NCBI GenBank assembly: GCA_963763775.1
Contig: CAVXPZ010000001.1
Location: 608,001-672,000 of the forward strand
Origin: an uncultured Chloroflexia bacterium
GTDB taxonomy: Bacteria > Chloroflexota > Limnocylindria > Limnocylindrales > CSP1-4
DNA length: 64,000 nt
Reading direction: 5' to 3'
Shown piece after piece: positions 63,135-64,000 of the stretch (the stretch's first letter is position 1; the number at the start of each line of letters is the position of its first letter). The notes beneath the pieces were generated by a model, which did no database searches, was not told where the DNA came from, and saw only the letters and a list, made by a program, of their open reading frames with translations. The position numbers and the translations under genes are program-made.

Positions 63135-63194
63135 CGCGCGCAATGGTACCGAACGGGCGACCGGCCACGGCCACGATGGGGCAGTCGGGGCGAT

Positions 63195-63393
63195 CTAGTC
63201 GGGCGTCGCGACGTCCTTCGGCTTGACGACGGGGGCGTCGGGCACGGACCGGGGCCGACGGGCGGCCGGCCGGCACGGTGGCGGCGGCGCGACCACATGG
63301 ACGACCCGGCGAGCACCGCGCCCACGAGGGCGCCGATGGTCAGTCCGCGCAGGAACGTGGCGGCTGGTCGCGAGCTTCGTCGTCCGCGCTCAC
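63195..63393 (-). CDS. Small hypothetical membrane protein (frameshifted, boundaries uncertain)
   Basis: FLRGLTIGALVGAVLAGS hydrophobic segment. Confidence 0.4.
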
Positions 63394-63674
63394 GACCACG
63401 GTTCTCCGACGGCCCGAGCACCGAGACGACGCTGACGACGAGCGATGCCGATCCAGGCCACGACCGATCGCCGCGACCAGGCGGAAGTCGCCGATCGGAG
63501 CCGATCGTCAGCCCGAGGCGGTCGCCCAGCGTGTCACCGGCCCACGCCCCGAGGATGGCCGCGGCGACGATGAGCGGCAGCCGCCCGCCGCCCGTCCCGC
63601 GGATCACCAGCCAGAGGGCGGCGTTCGCGACCCCCACCAGGATCCGCCAGCACCAGCGCCGGCCCGACACTCAC
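63390..63674 (-). CDS. Small multi-TM hypothetical protein (frameshifted)
   Basis: [31 protein letters not shown]; start overlaps the mnmA stop. Confidence 0.55.
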
Positions 63675-64000
63675 GCCGACGCCGCGAGGGCCGGGTCGCG
63701 GGCGATCCGGCCGCCACCGAGCACCTGGTCGCCGTCGTAGAGGACCGCCGCCTGGCCCGGCGCCACGGCCCACACCGGCGCGTCCGTGGTGACCGTCCAT
63801 CGCGATGGTCACCGGCGGCCGGTCCACGGTGGCCGGGACCGGGATCGCCGCGGTGGCGGATCCGGACCCGGCGCGGAACGTCGCGGCCGCGGGCGCATCG
63901 CCCGCGACGAACGACGCGCGTTCGAGCTCGACGGTGTGCGTCTCGAGGTCCTCCCGGCGGCCGAGCTGGATGGTGTTCGTCAGCGGGTCGATCCGACTGA
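63671..64000 (-). CDS. mnmA: tRNA 2-thiouridylase MnmA, C-terminal part (frameshifted, runs off the window)
   Basis: [11 protein letters not shown]...RIRH...[23 protein letters not shown]; mnmA upstream of alaS is a familiar order. Confidence 0.85.

Noticed and set aside
59121-63143. 1340-aa AlaRS-FtsA fusion ORF
   Set aside because: An indel near 61890 moves alaS into the FtsA frame through nonsense sequence; the true alaS C-terminus is in ORF 60383..62026.
1-64000. Many long Arg/Pro/Gly-rich overlapping ORFs in the track
   Set aside because: Shadow ORFs expected at this GC content; they lack motifs and overlap well-supported genes.

Overview
GC-rich bacterial chromosomal window of almost entirely housekeeping and small accessory genes, mostly on the minus strand. 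The gene content and order (alaS-ftsA-like-'baseplate J'-ruvX-mltG, xerD-scpAB-rluB-cmk-plsC-ispH-der-gpsA, Flp pilin, many short lipoproteins) suggest a Chloroflexota, possibly Limnocylindria-like, genome; this is inference only. About 20 genes, many essential, carry single-base indels typical of uncorrected long-read assembly, so several long ORFs in the track are false fusions. I found no IS element, prophage or CRISPR array. Main observations: (1) an RDD membrane protein ends in a 20-aa tail that is 18/20 identical to the C-terminus of an orphan Flp pilin 7 kb away, with heavy synonymous divergence; (2) an FtsA-like ATPase and a bitopic baseplate-J-like protein are embedded in the alaS-ruvX-mltG operon; (3) a 150-nt rod-like candidate ncRNA (6S-like); (4) tandem NrdR boxes 31 bp apart precede nrdR-dcd-MBL hydrolase; (5) a matching pair of divergent ECF-type promoters; (6) widespread apparently leaderless genes. 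All product calls come from motif recognition, not database searches.
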